Shown: positions 13,390-25,812 of the stretch, in pieces
How positions within the stretch are numbered: position 1 is the stretch's first letter
Layout of the letters: the number at the start of each line of letters is the position of its first letter
Source of the DNA: Octopus vulgaris
Lineage: Eukaryota
Reading direction: 5' to 3'
NCBI GenBank assembly: GCA_951406725.2
Contig: OX597822.1
Location: 91,078,001 to 91,142,000, forward strand
DNA length: 64,000 bases
Made by a program: the position numbers and the translations under genes
Notes under the pieces: generated by a model
Seen by the model: only the letters and a program-made list of their open reading frames with translations
Told to the model about the DNA's origin: nothing
The model's database searches: none

Positions 13390-13524
13390 CACGGATAATA
13401 GTCCAAAAAATACTGAAGAATGACATCACATACATAATCCTGCTGGTGACTGGTTCAAGTTTCTGTCTGAATCTCTGAGGCACACGATAATATATTACAG
13501 GTGGACATAATAAAAATATTATAC
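13390..13524 (-). CDS. RETREG: RETREG/FAM134 exon 6
   Basis: 135 nt, phase 1 to 1, GTAAGT donor. (G)IIFLLCPPVIYYRVPQRFRQKLEPVTSRIMYVMSFFSIFWTIIR. Confidence 0.88.
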
Positions 13525-14139
13525 CTATGATTAAAAGAAAACAAAGAAAGATTTCTGATCCACATTGTTTTTAAATACACTCTATTTCAAAAAGATATGT
13601 GTTATGTGAGACTTACTGTAACAATATTCTACAACCACATGGTCACTAATATTTTACAAATATGGTATTTTTCACAGGTAGAAACAGATGAAAATGCTCA
13701 CCTGTTTCCAGATAAAAGACATTGATAGAATAAGTACTAGATTTAGAAAGTATAAGTCCTGTGGTCAATTTTTTTTACCAAAGGTGGTGCTCCAGCATGG
13801 CCACAGTCACATGATTGAAACAAGTAAAACAATAAAAACACTATGCCGATTTATTCCTGAGCAAGGTTACAGAAAAACAATATTGGCCTTAATTTCTCTA
13901 TCTGTGTGTATTGGCATATCCCAGAGTATGGTTGCTTTCTCGTTTTCAACCATACTCTGGGATATGCCAATACACACAGACAGAGAAGTTAAGGCCAATA
14001 TTATTATTATTATTATTATTATTATTACTGTTGTTGTTGTTGTTCAGGTCACTGCTTGGAATCAAACTCAGAAACTTGGAATTATTTATAAACCCTAAAT
14101 AATGTACATAATTCCTCATCTCTTAAATATAGAACTGGA

Positions 14140-14700
14140 GCATGGTTAGTGTCGTGGATGTGTGAGGGGAGGGAAGCCACTAGGGAGGCAAGGACACGGT
14201 TGAGGTATTTTGAGATCAATTCCATAGGAAGTTACAGGCGGAGGCGATGGTGTGGCCAGGGTTGTTGGGCTTGTAGGATTTGGGGAAGGAAGTAAATGAT
14301 GGGCGTGCAAGGAGTATGAACAATGAGGTTGGAGATGGAAGGAGGAAATGAAGTCATAAATAGTGGAGAACACAGTCTGTTGGTAGCTAGGCTTGGGGTT
14401 GGAGGGCAGAAGGCAATAGGAGGTGTCTTGAAGTTGGCGGAGAGCTTCAGTCTTGTAGAGGTCTGCACGGCTCCACCCTTGTTGGCTGGTTTTATGATCA
14501 GAGACATCAACGAACCAAGAGTTCGGCTGAGGAGATTTTCAGATGTCAGGGACACCTGTGAAAGTTAAACTGGTCCACAACATGTTGGCAGAAGCCTGCA
14601 AAATGATCAACTGCTTGGAACTAGCCAGGAGCTGGCATCCAGTGGGATGGTCAGCGGCCTAGGTCAGTGAAGCAGTCCTCTTCATTAGATGCAGGTGGAG
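14140..14700 (-). mobile_element. Penelope-like element RT N-terminal fragment
   Basis: IIKPANKGGAV (ADKG motif), PIIYFLPQI; similar to 29460-29640. Confidence 0.7.
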
Positions 14701-14836
14701 TGTTGTGGAATAGTGCATATAGCCTGACATGGCACACAAACCTATGAATATTTGCGCAGTAGTTTGAAAAGTTAAGATATACATACGGCTAGTTTACATG
14801 TGGATCTAGTTGTGTATATATTTGAAATCTAAAGGC

Positions 14837-14908
14837 TTCCTACTGATGAAAACTAGCCTCAATAAATATTTTTTTTACTGGAATTAGTCAGAAACCATGG
14901 TCTGGGAA
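14837..14908 (+). ncRNA. Type-I hammerhead motif with long, decayed stem II
   Basis: TTCCTA-CTGATGA-(41 nt imperfect hairpin)-GAAA-CCATGG-TC-TGGGAA. Intact core and palindromic helix III; next to a Penelope RT fragment. Confidence 0.6.
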
Positions 14909-15228
14909 CTAAATGAGATGGTAAACGTTTTTAATTTTCATTCCTTTCAAGAATTTATCCCAAATTAGTGGTTTGAGTTTTCTACTGCTCTTTCTAGCAC
15001 AAGGCTTTCCTATTTGGAAGCCTCTTGATTTGTTTTAATGTACACGATATTTTTATGTGAATAATATATAGTCTATTGACTAATTCTTTTTTTGTGCTAG
15101 GCCACTGGTAATAATAATTATATAATTCTTATTACCCTAATATTATTTATTATATATATGCTTGTATGTTGTACATTGTATGTGTTACATTGTCAAAAGC
15201 AAATATGGATGCAATGATTTATACTTAC

Positions 15229-15313
15229 CTATTATGTATGATACGATAATGCCAGGTACATAGCACCCTACTATTGCCAAGTTCATACATATATAAGTAT
15301 TTGTTAGACAAAA
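15229..15313 (-). CDS. RETREG: RETREG/FAM134 exon 5
   Basis: 85 nt, phase 0 to 1. FCLTNTYICMNLAIVGCYVPGIIVSYII (FCL...G.YVPG..SY motif). Confidence 0.92.
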
Positions 15314-16105
15314 CTGAAAAAAAAATTAAATTAATGTATAATAGCTGGTATGTCATACAAATTTACTTTTAAAACTGCTCTATTAGACCCCACTTTTTTT
15401 TTTTTCAGTTGGGTCTTCAGTTAATCATTCTCAGTAAAAATCAATGCAAAATTATCTCTTGCAGATGTAAGACTAAATACTTTACTGTAACTATTACAAT
15501 AATCACAGAAAAGTATCTAATTCTACATCAATAAGATTGTGCACACTTAAATATACTTAATATTTCACTCCTTAGACATTTACTACATAAAATGTATTTT
15601 ATCAAATATTATAAAGTTAAATTTTTAAAAATGCTATTGATGCAATTAACAAATCTCAAAATGTTATATATAAAATATCGAGTAAAACAAAGAAGTAGTA
15701 TTCCTAGTTGTAATCATCGTAATGTTCAGAAATAATCAATTTGATAACTGGATAAGTTTAAATATTTACAGAAATCTATTATATAAAAAAAAGGTTGGCT
15801 GGGCAAAACAACTGGGCACTTAACAGTTTGAAAGATATCTACCTTTATTTTTGGGCCCAATCTATCTAGCTAAAAATGAACATTTTGGCAAGATTCCACA
15901 TCTATAACATGGTGAGTTGAAAAATTACTTATTAAAAGAATATTCATGCTGTCAACAGACAAAATCTCCCACCAGGAGTGTTCAAAAGCTAAAAACAAGC
16001 AAGGTAAGATAACTCCAATAAAATTAACTAAGGTTATTTGAATTATCCCCTTGGTTTTCTTTTTCCCTGTCTCCCCTTCTGTGTATATGTGTGTGTGTGT
16101 GTATA

Positions 16106-16397
16106 TAGTGAAATTTATATGCCAACAGAATTTGGCCATCCTATAAAGGATGGTGTTACTGTTGTTTTAGCCCCAGGAAAACATCTTTTCCAGCTGGCCA
16201 TCGACACACAGTCGATGTGTATCACTTAAAGAATATACAGTATTTGCAAGTGGAGAGAGCTTTCATCACTAGCTAGTGGTTTTCTCACAATGAGGACAGG
16301 TCTGTGAATATCATGTAAGTCTAGAGATGGGGCAAAAACAACAGTAACATAGTCCTTTATAGGACTGCCACATTCAGTTGGCATATAAACTTTACTA
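16106..16397. mobile_element. Inverted-repeat mini-element related to 33118-33566
   Basis: ~70-bp arms (16106-16176 / 16329-16397). The arm shares GCCAA..AAT.TGGCAGTCC..AGGA..GC.CCA with the 33118 element. Confidence 0.7.
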
Positions 16398-16915
16398 TTC
16401 AGTAGTGTTACTGTATATCTCTCACTCAGATTTTTAAAACAAATTATATATATATATATATACACACATACACTTATATGAAATACAAGGAGCTTTTTTG
16501 TCACTGTACGAATAATAAAAGTTTTTTTAGCTTAGTATATTACTATGTGAAACCCTACTATGCATAATTAGTATGCAGAACAACTTCACTGAGGTACTCC
16601 CTTCCGCCACATTATTCACAATAAACTCTGCTGGTAGCAGTACCACTTTAAACTAACAAGTGGCTCATTAGTTTGCACTGGGAGTAAATCCAACTCCTAT
16701 TGTGAGTATAGCTTAGCAAGGAATGGGAGTTGCTTCAAATAAGCAACATGCAGATAATTTTTTAGTGGCAGGAAACACCCAATGGATTACTAAAAAAGAA
16801 AATTTTGTATATGCAAGCTCGTTACATAATATTATATTCTAGATAACATCAAAATACTTAAATGTCTTGTTTTCATTATATTTATCAATGTGAAACCAAG
16901 GATTTACAAACTCAC

Positions 16916-17042
16916 ACGCAATGGATGCTCCCTTCGAAAATTCAGCCATCGACGCAAAGTTGATTGTATACAAGACATAGATTGGTTAAAGTGCTGGCAC
17001 AATTCAGGCACAGTGAGTAAGTGAGATTGGACAGAAACCTGA
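16916..17042 (-). CDS. RETREG: RETREG/FAM134 exon 4
   Basis: 127 nt, phase 2 to 0, GTGAGT donor. QVSVQSHLLTVPELCQHFNQSMSCIQSTLRRWLNFRREHPLR (LLsVPELC family motif). Confidence 0.92.
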
Positions 17043-19699
17043 CTGGATAAAGAAATGAACATTGATGAAAACATTTAAGTAAGACAAAGCAATGGAAATT
17101 GCAGAAATTATACTGAAATCTACAGAATACACACAAGAAATTTGCAGACAACCAAACTAAAAAGATGAAGATATTTAAAATTCCAACATGAAGGAATAAC
17201 CCCAGTTACTTATAACTCCAACAGTTAGACCTCTAACTGTAAGATAGTTTTTCATTCATCCAAATCTGTAATGAAGATTAACAGCATCTTTAAATCCAGT
17301 GTTGTCTACTTTGATCAAAGATAAACTTTATCATTGTAGATGGCTCTCTTCCAAAGTAGAGTAGAGCATACGATCGGAATGTAGTTATGTCCCTTACTGA
17401 CAAAACTACCAATTTCAAGAATTCATTAAAATTTGTGTACGTGTGTGTGCACACACATATTTGTGCAAAGATTACATGCAGTGTGATAAGGTTATTCTTT
17501 TGCTTATCTGTTTTGTGAACTTTATTGGGTTGATTTTTGTTACCAGTTTCCTCACACTCTGATGTCTAACTGTACTTTTTATTTCACTGCTTTTTGCTTC
17601 CAAGTGATAAAACTGATCTAAAATCATGCTGAAGAACCTCTGGAGCACTTACTGTCTTATGCAATGCAGCTAAGGCAGTAGAGTTATAGCCTCCATGCCC
17701 CAAATGCATATGCAAACATCTAAATTAATTTGCTATATGAAAAAGAAATGTTTTCTGGTGACATTTCATATTCTGACAGTTTTAACCTCATTGTTAAGAA
17801 ATCAACCTACTTTTATTTTCCAAACGTAGAAGCTCTCTTACTGATTTAATCTAACCTTGTTGTAATAGCCTGATTGCCCTGGAAGACCCAATTCTCTAAA
17901 GCAAAATTATAATGTTTATATCACATTAGAAAACACTGATATAGACATTGGGTCATCTAGGCAACTTGGCTGACTTCAAACTAAAATGTTTACACATCAA
18001 CATACAGTAACTGCTGAAATCATTTGTTTACTTACTCAATCTCTCTCTCTCACAAACACACACACACACACATAAACCTGAAGGGGATGACCCTAAAATA
18101 ACTAAAATAAAATAAGGGGATGACCCTAAAATAAAAGTAAAACTTTCTGATGAAACTTCAATATCCTCAGATGATTTTATATATTTTGAATAGATTTGTT
18201 ATAATCTACATTTTCATTTAGTAGAAATGCCTATGCACCATTTTGCATATATATAACTGGTGTCATAGGAAATTTCTAGGATGAATCCTCTGCATTTCTG
18301 AACTTCTGTCACTAGATATCAATATCTTATATGATACCAACATTCAACAAAATGCACCAAACTTCTTGACAACTTGAAAGAATTATCCATAATCCAAGTC
18401 ATTAACAAAGCTAATCATATGAAAGGCAATGCAACAAATGTTCTTCTTCCAGACAACATAACAAACAGATAGCAGCAGCTCATTGAATGATATCAAAATA
18501 AATCATACAGTGACCACAGCCAAATATTCTTTAAAATATATATACAGCATATATCCTTGACAGGTATAAATCCTTCTCAGTAACTTCTGAATCTCAATGA
18601 TGAATACATACCCTACATCAGTAACAAATAAAAGAGTACATATATACTTTACAATCTACATCTAATTTAGAAAGAATTAACACCTTGGCTCTTTATAACT
18701 TGATTGATCAAATCAGTTCCCAAGCAACAGGTTTGATCTTCCCCAGACTATAATTTTCAGTTTAGGTCACCAGATATTATATGTAAGAAACACTATATGT
18801 TCTAAAACATAATACACACTACCTATTTCTTTATTACCCACAAGGGGCTAAACACAGAGGGGACAAACAAGGACAGACATAGGTATTAAGTCGATTACAT
18901 CGACCTCAGTGCGTAACTGGTACTTAATTTATCGACCCCGAAAGGCAAAGTCGACCTCGGCGGAATTTGAACTCAGAACCTAACGGCAGACAAAATACCG
19001 CTAAGCATTTCGCCCGGCATACTAACCATCGGTATTTGGAAATCTTCAAATATCTTGAACTACAAAAGGAAGCAAAAAACTTACTGCTAGAAGGGTATTA
19101 TATAATATTTTTTAAAAACCTATAAGTTTTAGCATTTTGTAAAAACTGTACAATATTGTAGAACCATACTCAGTTTAGAAATGTCAACAACAGCGTAATA
19201 TGACATTTTCTCAGCATCATCATATATTGACACACTTAATAATAATGTGTGTGTATATAGACTGAAACATGCATGCTTGTATGCAAGGATATCATAACCT
19301 TTTACTTGTTTCAGTCATTAGACTGCAGCCATGCAGGGCTCCACCTTGGAAAAAATTTAGTCAAACAAATTGACACCAGTGCTATTTTCTTTTTTAAGCC
19401 TGGTACGTATTCTATCAGTCTGTTTTACTGAATCGCTAAGTTACAGGAACATAAACAGAGATACAATGACACACACATGCATACACACACACACATACGA
19501 TGAGCTTCTTTCAATTTCTATCTATCAAAAACAATAGAAGACAACCGCCATGGAGCCACAGTATATATATATATAAACTTGGAATTTTTTGTAAATCTTA
19601 TTTTTTTATGTAGCATTGATCTATTATAACAAGTTTTTTTTTACCTTATCTTCAACATTAGGTCTCATAGTAACAATTTCATTTGCTTTTTCAGGTATA

Positions 19700-20110
19700 A
19701 GTTCAACTATGTCAGCTCAAGAAGCAAAAAGAGAACACATTTGTTGATTTGCTCTGTGCAGGAATTAACATCAAGTGAATTTCTGAGTTGATTAATGTAC
19801 CATTAAGCACAGTTTACAATGTCGAGAATCATTTGAACAACACCAGAGGCATTCAAAGCAAGCAAAGTACTGTAGAACCAATAAAAAGCAAGATCTAACA
19901 TTCCTGAAGGCCCTCAAATCTAGAATTTCAAAGGACCCAGTCACATCTATGATGAAGCTGACAATTAACATGAAAGTTGATGCCAAGACCGTAAGAAATG
20001 CTGCTCACTGTGATTTAGTCCTACAATCCTTTGCGCAAACTCCAAGACACCTCCTGATCAATTCAGTGAAAATCAGGAGGCTTGAAAGGACAAAAAAAGT
20101 GTTGTTCTTC
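19700..20110 (+). mobile_element. Tc1/mariner transposase N-terminal fragment
   Basis: FLKALKSRISKDPVTSMMKL...VDAKTVRNA...TPRHLL...RRLERTKK (HTH region). Confidence 0.6.
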
Positions 20111-20119
20111 CTCATCTTT

Positions 20120-20455
20120 TGGAAGGATCAGAATTCGATTTTAGACAAGGGCGAAAATTCAAAGTTAAATCCAACTTCACTTACACCTCAGAAAACCTCA
20201 TTTATGTTATCAGATGCTCGGACTGCCATAGAGTTGACAGGATTGTCAATCAGATGGAGATGTATGCTCCACAGACAACAGATATCCTCCTCGCAATATC
20301 GCCAGATATATCTCAATGAACACATTGACAGATGTGCAGAACAACTGCAACCACAATTCCTAATCTTCCCATTATATCAATTTGCTATTTGGATCTCAAC
20401 ACAAATATGACTAAACAAAGAGGTGTCATTTATCAAAAAATATAAGACGTAATTA
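20120..20455 (+). mobile_element. Second GIY-YIG (Penelope-like) fragment
   Basis: KFKVKSNFTYTSENLIYVIRCSDC...; frameshifted. Confidence 0.65.
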
Positions 20456-21447
20456 AATTAGAAACCCATATTGAAAATTTAGAGATTTACCTACTGTAAA
20501 ATACCTTGGTTACCAATTATCCCCACTAGCAATCAAAATGTCTAACTCAGAAATTCATCTAAAATTCATAATTTGAAAAGCGATAACAAACCTCAAGACA
20601 AGAAAAAATACAATGATCGCCCATGTCCAATTTATATTATAGAAATACATACACACACACACACACACACCTATATAAATATATATATATATATTTTTAC
20701 ATTCATTCATTTGTTTTTGCTGGCATAGGTTAAACACAAACTTATTTGAGGAAGCATTTTTACAGTCAGATACCCTTCTTTTTACCAACTCTTTCCTTCT
20801 TTCAAGGGAGATTTTATTCTTCTATTCTAAGACAACAGAGGTATGGGATGTAATGTTCACAGGGAACGTAAATAAATACATCACTTTTCACTCAAATGAT
20901 CTCATGCAAGAAGCAGAGACAAAAACTTACCAGATACACACATAAAGGCATACATAACAGGCTTTCAGAGTTTCAATCAAACAATTTCACTCACAAAGCA
21001 ATGGTCAGCACAAAGCAATAGCAGAAGGTTCCATGTAGTGGGATTGAACCTAAGGCCATATATTTGCAAAACAAACTGCTTCCAACCACATAGTTTCAGG
21101 TTCAGATCCACTGCATGGCACCCTAGGTAAGTGTCTTCTACTATAGCCCCAGGTGGACCAAAGCCTCATGAGTTGACAGAAACTGGAAGAAGACTGTCAT
21201 ATATGTAGGTATATATGTAAGAATATGCGTGTTGCCTTATCTTGACATCACATGATACATGTAAATAAGTGTCACCGTCACACAGAAGTGTCATTCATTT
21301 CCAATATTCTGGGGAAACATGTCTGGACATGCAGAAATAATATCTTGCTTGGAAACAGGAAAGGCAACAAACCATAGAAAATCTGGTTCAATAAACTCTC
21401 TCAGACAAGCATAGAAAAATTAAAGCAGTGGTGCCACCGCTGCCCCA

Positions 21448-21490
<43 letters not shown>

Positions 21491-22282
21491 CATTGCGCTA
21501 GCACAAGTTGGACGGTTCGACCGGGGTCAGGGAAGCCATGGGCTGCACCGGGCTCCAGTCTGATCTGGCAGTGTTTCTACAGCTGGATGCGCTTCCTAAC
21601 GCCAACCACTCCGCAAATGTAGTGGGTGCTTTTTACGTGCCACCAGCACAGGTGCCAGGGGAGTCTGGCAGCGGCCACGATCGGTTGGTGCTTTTAACGT
21701 GCCACCAGCACGGAAGCCAGTCAAGGCGGTGCTGGATTCGGCCACGTTCGGATGGTGCTTTTTATGTGCCACCGGCACAGAAGCCAGTCGAGGCGGTGCT
21801 AGCATCGGCCACGTTTAGATAGTGCTTTTTACATGCCACTAGCACAGAAGCCAGTCGAGGCAGCGCTGGCATTGGCCACGTTCGGATGGTGCTTTTTACG
21901 TGCCACCAGCACAGAAGCCAGTCGAGGCGGCACTGGCATCGGCTACGTTCGGATGGTGCTTTTTATGTGCCACCGGCACAGGTATGCACACACATGCCAA
22001 CCAGAGAGCATTAAAACTCACTCAATCTTCTAAAAATACCAACTGAATTTCCCTCAAATCACTTCCTACTGTTTTAAGAAAGACATCCCAGATTATAAGA
22101 CGTCTGTACCAAGTTAAAAAAGTAAATGGTTATAGCTGAATCACCTTTAATCACTGGTCAACTATTTGAGAACAGATATACAACTAAGTAACAACAGTAA
22201 CCACACACACAACTTTATTTAAAAAAATAATCTTATCTAGACTATGCTTGCAAACAACAGAGTTGGTGATAGGAAAGCTTAC

Positions 22283-22343
22283 CTCTCCGGAACTTTGATT
22301 TTAAATCTATTACAAAATCTGGTTCTGATTCTAAGGAAGACGG
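22283..22343 (-). CDS. RETREG: RETREG/FAM134 exon 3 (short linker exon)
   Basis: cttcCAG...GTAAGC, 61 nt, phase 1 to 2 as needed to join exons 2 and 4. (S)VFLRIRTRFCNRFKIKVPE(S). Supported by splice sites and phase, not by recognisable homology. Confidence 0.65.
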
Positions 22344-22640
22344 CTGGAAGTAAAAACAACAGATAAGAAAATTCAATATGAAACAAAACATGTGATGATA
22401 AACTAACTAAATAACTAAATGAAGTAGAGAAAAAAAATTGTTAAAACAAATGTGGAAATGAGGAGGTCAGCTTACTAATCAGTGCCACCCATGTGTGTAT
22501 GGGAACAAACATCAGACAGGGATGATCAATTTGAATGGCATTAATGGTAGTGGTAGCAACTGTGCAGTTGGGAAGAAGGTTAGAGGCTTGAATTTTGCTC
22601 ACATAGCCCACCACGAGTTTCTCTGGTCTCTAGTTTTTTG

Positions 22641-23056
22641 GGATCTTTTCGGTTTGAACGGCAGTTTTTTCTAGCGGTGTCATATGAAATTGTCACCCAT
22701 AATTATGACCCTAGTATCGATCTACTGCATTTCAATCTGTTTTAGGGTTAGGGTTAGGGGTGGGAGGAAGGGTATCTTTTTTTCTTCACAAATGTAAATA
22801 AACCCAATCTGTTTCTTAAACGAGGGACATATTCATACGGCACAGAATGTTTTTTACCTCAATAGAGGTCAGTGATTGGTTGAAATTGCAGAAATTGAAG
22901 AAAACAACAACAAATATCTTACAAACTCTAGAATTTTCTCAATAAAGCCAAGAGAAAAAGATGTTTTATAACCACATTCTACCAGTATACGAAGTTTAAA
23001 ATTTTTTAGTTACCTAGAATTTATGTTAAAAACTGCCGTTCAAACCGAAAAGATCC
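22641..23056. mobile_element. MITE with 29-bp TIRs and 8-bp TSD (Merlin-like)
   Basis: TIR GGATCTTTTCGGTTTGAACGGCAGTTTTT at both ends; TSD GTTTTTTG (22633-40 / 23057-64). Confidence 0.9.
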
Positions 23057-23464
23057 GTTTTTTGTTTGCTATTCACGCTTTCTCAACCATATTGTATTGA
23101 AAGTCAATTTATTGTCCAGCTGTCAATTATGTGTATGTCAATTAAGGCAACGGGCAACTCAGGATATCACAATAGCCTTTCTATTGTAAAAATGAAACAT
23201 CAGGTAGTCGCTCCCCTATCTTTGAATGCATCCCTGTAGAAGATACCAGTTCATCACAAAGATAACCCTAGATATTGCTGCAGGTATTCATTTTCAGCTG
23301 AAAAGACTGAAATGCCTTGCTCAAGGAAACAACATGCAGTCCAAGAATTCAATGCACAACCTTATGATCATGGCCCCCAACACACCAAAAATTAGCCCAT
23401 GCAACCTTCACAAAGTTATTAACATTCCCATCCCAAGGACCAAATATTTTAATAAGTTGTCTTC

Positions 23465-23862
23465 AGCGCAGGAGTGGCTGTGTGGTAAGTAGCTTGCTAA
23501 CCAACCACATGGTTCCGGGTTCAGTCCCACTGCGTGGCATTTTGGGCAACTGTCTTCTGCTATAGCCCCGGGCCGACCAATGCCTTGTGAGTTGATTTGG
23601 TAGATGGAAACCGAAAGAAGCCTGTCGTATATATGTATATATATGTATGTGTGTGTGTTTGTGTTTGTTCCCCTAGCATTGCTTGACAACCGATGCTGGT
23701 GTGTTTACGTCCCTGCCACTTAGCGGTTCGGAAAAAGAGACCGATAGAATAAGTACTGGGCTTACAAAAAGAATAAGTCCCGGGGTCGAGTTGCTAAACT
23801 AAAGGCGGTGCTCCAGCATGGCCGCAGTCAAATGACTGAAACAAGTAAAAAAGAGAAAAGAG
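23465..23862 (+). mobile_element. SINE family A, full length
   Basis: Closely similar to 10693-11043 and 62572-62972. Confidence 0.88.
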
Positions 23863-23959
23863 AGCCTACTATAATCACTAGCTTAGGAAGGAGACCTTAA
23901 TGTACCGCTACGTAACAGTGCAATAGTCAGTTTCTATGTTATATAATTAAGTTCTTTAA

Positions 23960-25812
23960 AAGGGCATTATAGTGAAACGTACAAGAATGCCATACAAACA
24001 AGGCTAGCAGCATAAGATACTATAGAAACTGCTGGTGGTGAGTGTTATAGTGAAAGCAACACACGAATGCCATACAGAAACATGGCTCAGATAGGTGATA
24101 AGATGCTAGAGACACTACTGGTGATGAGGGCATTATAGCCAAAACAAACAAGAATGCCATATACACAACATGGCCACGAGGATAAACTGGTTGTGATGAG
24201 GGTATCATAGTGAACAGGGCGGCAAGGTGGCAGAAACGTTAGCACGCCGGGCAAAATGCTTAGCGGTATTTCGTCTGCGTTACGTTGTGAGTTCAATTTC
24301 CGCCGAGGTCGACATTGCCTTTCATCCTTTCGGGGTCGATAAACTAAGTACCAGTTATGCACTGGAGTCGATGGAATCGACTTAATACCTATGTCTGTCC
24401 TTGTTTGTCCCCTCTGTGTTTAGCCCCTTGTGGGTAATAAAGAAATCGGTATCATAGTGATGAACAAGGTACTACAGAAACTATTGGTGATGGGGACTTA
24501 ATAGTGAAACCACCAAAAATGCCATACACAGAAGATGGCTACAAGGCGAAGATAGTACAGAAAGTGTTGGTGGTCTGGGTATTCCAGTGTAACTAACGTG
24601 AATGCCATACAGACAACATGGCTAAAAGGAAAAGATATTACAGAAACTGCTGGTTGTGGGGGCATTATAGTAAAACCAATGCGAATGCCATACAGAGAGC
24701 ATGGCTCAGATGATAAGATACTACAGAAGCTATTGGTACTGTGGGCATCATAGTGAAACCACAGCATCAGTGTGAAACCGATAAGAATGCCATACAGACA
24801 ACGTGACTAAGAGGATAACGTACTACAGAAACTGTTGCTAGTGAAGGCATTATGGTGAATCCAATGAGAATGCTATAGACAACATGGCTTAAAGGATGAG
24901 ATAAAATAGGAACTATTCATGATGAGGGCGTTATAGTTGAACCATCAAGAATGCAACGCACACAACATGCCTAAGAGGAAAAGGTACTGCAAAAGCTGTT
25001 GGTGATAAGGTCATTGTACTGAAACCAATGTGGATGCCATACAGACAGCATGGCTAAGACGGTAAGATACTACGGACACTTAATGATAAGGGCATTGTAG
25101 ATGAAAAAGCCATACAGACAACATGTCTAAGAGGGAAATATACTACAGAAACTGTTGGTGATGTGTGCATTATACTGAAACCAATGACAATGCCATACAG
25201 ATAACATGGCTAAGATGATAAGATACTATGGAAACTGTGGCAGGTGAGGTCCTTATGGTGAAACCAATGTGGACGCCATACACACAGCATGGCTAAGGGG
25301 ATACTACAGAAAGCATTGCTGGTAATGGTACTACAGGGAAACGAACAAGAAATCCATAGCAACAGCATGGCTAAGATGATAAGATACTACAGAAAATGGT
25401 GGTGGTGACGGTATAATAGTGAAACAAACAAGAATGCCATACAAACAGCATGGCTAAGGAGATAAGATACTACAAAAAACTCATCACAGTGCAACCAACC
25501 AAAAAGCAATACAGACGACATGTCTAAGAAGAGAATACACTACAGAAACTGTTGGTGATGTGGGCATTATAGTGAAACCAAAATGAATGCTATGCAGACA
25601 ACATGGCCAAGATGATAAAGTACCACAGAAACTATTAGTGGTGAGGGCATTATATTGAAACCTACGAGAATGCCATACAGACAACATGGCTAAGAGGATA
25701 AGATACTCCAGAAAATTTTAGTTTGAGGGCATTATGGTGAGGAATAAGGTACTACAGAAACTGTTGGTAATGAGGGTTTTATAGTGAAACCAATAAAAAT
25801 GCCATACAGAGT
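23960..25812. repeat. Diverged ~83-bp tandem satellite (~19-20 units)
   Basis: Unit ~GGGCATTATAGTGAAACCAATGAGAATGCCATACAGACAACATGGCTAAGAGGATAAGATACTACAGAAACTGTTGGTGATGA. GCCATAC recurs at e.g. 24521, 24604, 24687 and 25109, 25192, 25275. Confidence 0.92.
24214..24447 (+). mobile_element. SINE family C with 13-bp TSD, inserted in satellite
   Basis: TSD GGTATCATAGTGA (24201-13 / 24448-60). Same family on the - strand at ~8210-8420 and 18822-19030. Confidence 0.88.

Noticed and set aside
22742-22759. Telomere or chromosome-fusion site
   Set aside because: Only three hexamers, located inside a TSD-flanked MITE.
23960-25812. CRISPR-like array
   Set aside because: The entire unit is repeated with no unique spacers, there are no cas genes, and the context is a eukaryotic intron.
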